Source: a virus
Lineage: Duplodnaviria; Caudoviricetes
Virus record (IMG/VR): IMGVR_UViG_3300025543_000016
Location: 1,785 to 65,784 of that record
DNA length: 64,000 nucleotides
Reading direction: 5' to 3' (one strand)
A program made the translations under genes and the position numbers. Of the stretch, positions 60,518-64,000 are shown in pieces (the first letter of the stretch is position 1; each line of letters starts with the position of its first letter). The notes below the pieces were generated by a model. It searched no databases, had not been told where the DNA came from, and saw only the letters and a list, made by a program, of their open reading frames with translations.

Positions 60518-60796
60518 ATGATATATCAATTACCAAACGGACGTATAATAGAATTATCTATAGAACAATTTCTTGATTTAAATGATGCAGAAATTAAAGA
60601 TCTTAATGGTCTTAGTACATTATATAGTCATGAATGTAATAATCCTTTTTATAATTTATTTAGTGCAGTTCAAACAATAGACCCAACTATAATACCTGAA
60701 GATCTTTTAGAAGATGAAGAATTTATTGAAGATATGTTTATTAATGAAATGTATGATGATTATCTTGATGATTATTTTCATAGAAATGAAACTTAA
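60518..60796 (+). CDS. Hypothetical acidic protein
   Basis: MIYQLPNGRIIELSIEQFLDL N-terminus; very acidic tail. Confidence 0.6.
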   Translation: MIYQLPNGRIIELSIEQFLDLNDAEIKDLNGLSTLYSHECNNPFYNLFSAVQTIDPTIIPEDLLEDEEFIEDMFINEMYDDYLDDYFHRNET

Positions 60797-60827
60797 TTAT
60801 ATTTAAAAATTTTAAACCAACAAAAAA

Positions 60828-61439
60828 ATGAATAACAAAGTTCAAATTATCGCTGATGAGTTAGGGAATGTAATCCGTGTGTCTAATAACCCTGATTATG
60901 GTTACGTAAGACTTTCTCAAAATACCTTTCAAATAAATAATGGTTTCATGCAAAAAAAAAGCGTTACTGCTCTATTGCATGGTAAGCTAGAAGATTTAAA
61001 AGAAATGGGAATACAAAACAAAACAGAAATTACAGGAAAAATTGTTGTTAAAGAGCAACTTACACCATTTAGAGAAATTAATCCGGAACAAGATTACAAA
61101 ATTGCTGGAGCAACTGGCATTGTATGTTCTGTAAATGATAAACCTATTTATAGGAAAACTGTATTTACTTCTGATGTAACAGCAGAAGATGTATTGTTAG
61201 ATCACACTAATGGTGACGATATCCGTGAAGCAAACGGCAACAGTTTTATGGGAAATAAAACAAAACAAGTTGCAAAAAATGTTACAGCTACACTTGAAGA
61301 AGCTTTTGATATAGAAGATTCAAGTGAAATAACTAATTCAATTAGCACAAATGATTCAGATGATTTTATTGAAGAATCAACTGCTGAACTAAATGAAGAA
61401 ATTGAAATTGAAATTGAAGATTCAACATTTGAATTGTAG
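60828..61439 (+). CDS. Putative single-stranded DNA-binding protein
   Basis: Beta-rich core with a long acidic tail ending ..EDSTFEL, followed by a terminator; function is an inference. Confidence 0.45.
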   Translation: MNNKVQIIADELGNVIRVSNNPDYGYVRLSQNTFQINNGFMQKKSVTALLHGKLEDLKEMGIQNKTEITGKIVVKEQLTPFREINPEQDYKIAGATGIVCSVNDKPIYRKTVFTSDVTAEDVLLDHTNGDDIREANGNSFMGNKTKQVAKNVTATLEEAFDIEDSSEITNSISTNDSDDFIEESTAELNEEIEIEIEDSTFEL

Positions 61440-61445
61440 TATTAG

Positions 61446-61564
61446 TTAAAAGGTAGTGAAGCTGTATAATATAATCTTAGTCCTTCTGGTTGTCAAAAAA
61501 GCATTAAGAGATTCAGATGTGTTGATTATATTACAGAATGCTTGAAAGACCCGAAACCTTTTAA
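61446..61564 (+). ncRNA. Candidate structured RNA in the 3' region of the SSB-like gene
   Basis: ttaaaaggt/accttttaa encloses ctgtataatataatc/gattatattacag. Confidence 0.4.
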
Positions 61565-61570
61565 TTCATA

Positions 61571-61602
61571 AAGAGTCAGTAGAAATATTGACTCTTTTTT
61601 TT
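61571..61602 (+). terminator. Intrinsic terminator
   Basis: aagagtca/tgactctt stem plus T-run. Confidence 0.8.
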
Positions 61603-61625
61603 ATTAATTTATATACTTTTAAAAC

Positions 61626-62138
61626 ATGTTAACACAAAACCAAAAACAAATTTTAGAATTACAAGATAATATAAATAAATTAGCTCTTAGAGAAGAACGT
61701 TATATGTATTTAGGTTTATTATCTGAATATCAACTGCAACCTGAAGCAATAATACAAAAACTTGAATATAGTAAGTTAAACCCTAAACAACATTTTTTAT
61801 TTAAAAGAGTATTACATGGTTTAAACATGTATACAAATGAAGAACAACAATCATTGCATTGGGACAAAAAAAGAAGAATTAAAAAAGTTTGGAAACGCGG
61901 GCAAGAAGAAGTTAATGCATGGAAACAAGTTCTTTGCAATAAATCAGCTCAAAAAATTTTTAGTTTGTTTACAAACACAAGAGCTGGTAAATTACTTAAT
62001 TCATTATCAATTGATGAAATTGATCATTCTTATACAAATACAATGAGTTTGAAAGAACTAGGTATTAAATATGAAGACTTAATATTGTTTTATATGAGTA
62101 AAGGATTATTACCACGTAATTTTTTATCTGTAAAATGA
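61626..62138 (+). CDS. Hypothetical phage protein
   Basis: ORF track; ATGA-type overlap with the next gene. Confidence 0.65.
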   Translation: MLTQNQKQILELQDNINKLALREERYMYLGLLSEYQLQPEAIIQKLEYSKLNPKQHFLFKRVLHGLNMYTNEEQQSLHWDKKRRIKKVWKRGQEEVNAWKQVLCNKSAQKIFSLFTNTRAGKLLNSLSIDEIDHSYTNTMSLKELGIKYEDLILFYMSKGLLPRNFLSVK

Positions 62139-62539
62139 TAGATAGAAAGAAAAAACTATGTAACAATTGCAATACTGAACAATTTATCTGGAAAAACGAT
62201 AAAAATGGTAAGTATTGCAAAAGTTGCTGGTATAAAACCAAAAAACCCACAACTAAATTATTAAAAGTTAAACCTATAAGTTTTAAATCTAAAAATATGA
62301 TTGCAATTAATAGCGCATATGTTATTCTTAGAAGAAAATTTATGGAAAAAAAACCTATGTGTGAAGCAGCATTGCCTGGTTGCGGTAATAATGCTACAGA
62401 TGTGCATCACAAAAAAGGCAGAGGTAAATATTATTTAGATGTGTCTACCTGGTTATCTACATGTAGACAATGTCATTCTTATATAGAAGAACATCCACAA
62501 GAAGCAATTGAATTAGGATTTTCTGAAAAAAGAATATAA
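62135..62539 (+). CDS. HNH-like (NinG/Rap-like) endonuclease with N-terminal Zn finger
   Basis: CNNC..CKSC; CEAALPGC..ATDVHHKKGR..TCRQCH. Confidence 0.7.
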   Translation: MIDRKKKLCNNCNTEQFIWKNDKNGKYCKSCWYKTKKPTTKLLKVKPISFKSKNMIAINSAYVILRRKFMEKKPMCEAALPGCGNNATDVHHKKGRGKYYLDVSTWLSTCRQCHSYIEEHPQEAIELGFSEKRI

Positions 62540-62562
62540 ACTTAATAACAAAATTTAAAATT

Positions 62563-62688
62563 ATGACACTAGATAAAATAGAAATTTGGAAAATTATAGA
62601 AAGCTATACTTCAAATTTATCAGATAAAATAGGATGGGGAAAAATGGATAGTTTATGTGATGAATTAATTGAATATTATGACAAATAG
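62563..62688 (+). CDS. Small hypothetical protein (41 aa)
   Basis: MTLDKIEIWKIIESY..LIEYYDK*; fills the gap before the helicase. Confidence 0.45.
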   Translation: MTLDKIEIWKIIESYTSNLSDKIGWGKMDSLCDELIEYYDK

Positions 62689-63781
62689 AGAATCAATACA
62701 AAAAGAAGCTTTAGAAGAAGCTTATAAACACAAACGTTGCGGATTAGCAATATCAATGGGTGTGGGTAAAACAAGAATTGCAATTAAACACTTTCAAAAA
62801 AATTATAATCCTTTTATAAAAGCCCTTGTAGTAATACCAAAGTTGTCTATTAAAATTTCTTGGTTAAATGAACTTAAAAAAATGAATCTTGAAAATTTAG
62901 AAAGTCATTTTGTTTTTACAACATATTTATCAATTAATAAACATAATACTAACAATTATGATGTTGTTTATTTAGATGAATGTCATAATTTATTACAATC
63001 ACATTCTACTTTTTTATCTAATTTTAAAGGTAAAATATTAGGTTTAACAGGTACACCTCCTGTAAAACAAAATACAATAAAGTATGAAATGGTTAAAACT
63101 TATTGCCCTATTGTTTTTAATTTTTCAGTAGATCAAGCAACTGATAAAAAAATATTAAATGATTATCAAATAATAGTTCATCAGTTGTCTTTATCAAATG
63201 TACCTAACTTAAAAAAGAAGAAAAAAAATGGTGGTTTTTGGTACACAACAGAAAAAAAAGATTATGATTATTTTGACAATAGATGTTTTTTAGCTGAAAC
63301 ACCAAAACAAAAACAATTCGCATCTATAATGAGAATGAGAGCTTTAATGGATTACAATACAAAAGAATTATATGTAAAATCTATACTTCAAAATTTATCA
63401 AATAAATGTGTTGTATTTGCTAATACTCAGAAACAAGCAGATAGAATTTGCAAATATAGTTATCACTCTAAAAACCCTCAATCTGATTATAATCTTGAAT
63501 TGTTTTCTGACGGCAGAATAGATAAATTATCATGTGTAATGCAATTAAGTGAAGGTATTACTATACCAAATCTTAAACAAGGTATTATAATGCATTCATA
63601 CGGTAATGAAAGAAAAACTACTCAAAGAATAGGTAGACTTCTTAGACTAAATCCTAATGAAAAATCTACTTGTCACATATTGTGTTATACTAATACACAA
63701 GATGAAAAATGGTTAGAAATAGCACTTAAAGATTTTGATAAATCTAAAATTAAATACTATAATTCTTTAGAAGAAAATTAA
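62678..63781 (+). CDS. Superfamily 2 DNA helicase
   Basis: MGVGKT (motif I), LDECH (II), LTGT (III), LSEGITIP (V), QRIGRLLR (VI); ATG at 62678 preferred. Confidence 0.9.
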   Translation: MTNRESIQKEALEEAYKHKRCGLAISMGVGKTRIAIKHFQKNYNPFIKALVVIPKLSIKISWLNELKKMNLENLESHFVFTTYLSINKHNTNNYDVVYLDECHNLLQSHSTFLSNFKGKILGLTGTPPVKQNTIKYEMVKTYCPIVFNFSVDQATDKKILNDYQIIVHQLSLSNVPNLKKKKKNGGFWYTTEKKDYDYFDNRCFLAETPKQKQFASIMRMRALMDYNTKELYVKSILQNLSNKCVVFANTQKQADRICKYSYHSKNPQSDYNLELFSDGRIDKLSCVMQLSEGITIPNLKQGIIMHSYGNERKTTQRIGRLLRLNPNEKSTCHILCYTNTQDEKWLEIALKDFDKSKIKYYNSLEEN

Positions 63782-63792
63782 AAACTAATAAT

Positions 63793-63987
63793 ATGAAACC
63801 AGTAAAACTAAACACAGATGTACTTATCACTTACAACAAAAAAGGCAATATTAAAACGATTACAACTCCTTATGATGATAGTTGTGTTATGCAACCAATT
63901 AATGCTAACGCTATTGCTAACGAGTTAACATTGCGTAATTTGTTTACAAAATGGGGAAACGATTTTTTAACCAACCAAAACAATTAA
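63793..63987 (+). CDS. Hypothetical protein
   Basis: ORF track. Confidence 0.5.
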   Translation: MKPVKLNTDVLITYNKKGNIKTITTPYDDSCVMQPINANAIANELTLRNLFTKWGNDFLTNQNN

Positions 63988-64000
63988 GATGAAACATTTT

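Noticed and set aside
57455-62250. ORFs at 57455(-), 61730(-), 61837(+) and 62065(-)
   Set aside because: They overlap better-supported plus-strand genes
1-64000. Stop-codon reassignment as seen in some crAss-like phages
   Set aside because: Genes are full length in the standard code, and both TAG (capsid gene) and TGA (e.g. 32812, 50511) serve as real stops

Overview
This very AT-rich 64 kb window is part of a crAss-like (Crassvirales-related) tailed phage genome. The host is probably Bacteroidota: starts lack Shine-Dalgarno sites and have A-rich leaders, and TAnnTTTG-type promoters are present. The standard genetic code is used. Positions 1-54012 form one minus-strand late block. In transcription order it encodes endolysin, HU/IHF-like proteins, a PD-(D/E)xK nuclease, GroES, large terminase, portal, scaffold-like protein, major capsid, ring/tail proteins, a Dps-like ferritin, Cys-rich fibre proteins, a metallophosphoesterase, a 1997-aa muzzle-like protein, four putative virion cargo proteins, and a >2870-aa giant protein that runs off the left edge and is missing from the ORF track. 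After a GC-rich strand switch at ~54.1 kb, the plus strand carries small early-type ORFs interleaved with many structured non-coding segments, then an SSB-like gene, an HNH-like nuclease and an SF2 helicase. The most interesting observations are: (1) a recurrent xxxGG / LPKAQxG motif that punctuates three adjacent cargo proteins and sits at the module borders of a polyvalent 1831-aa protein (Zn ribbon, zincin-like, ART-like, lysozyme-like, LysM, amidase); (2) an island of large, long-range base-paired non-coding elements at 55.4-58.2 kb, including two back-to-back ~250-nt domains; (3) a vWA domain plus Cys-rich insert inside the muzzle-like tail protein. All calls come from reading motifs and gene order by eye; no database searches were run.
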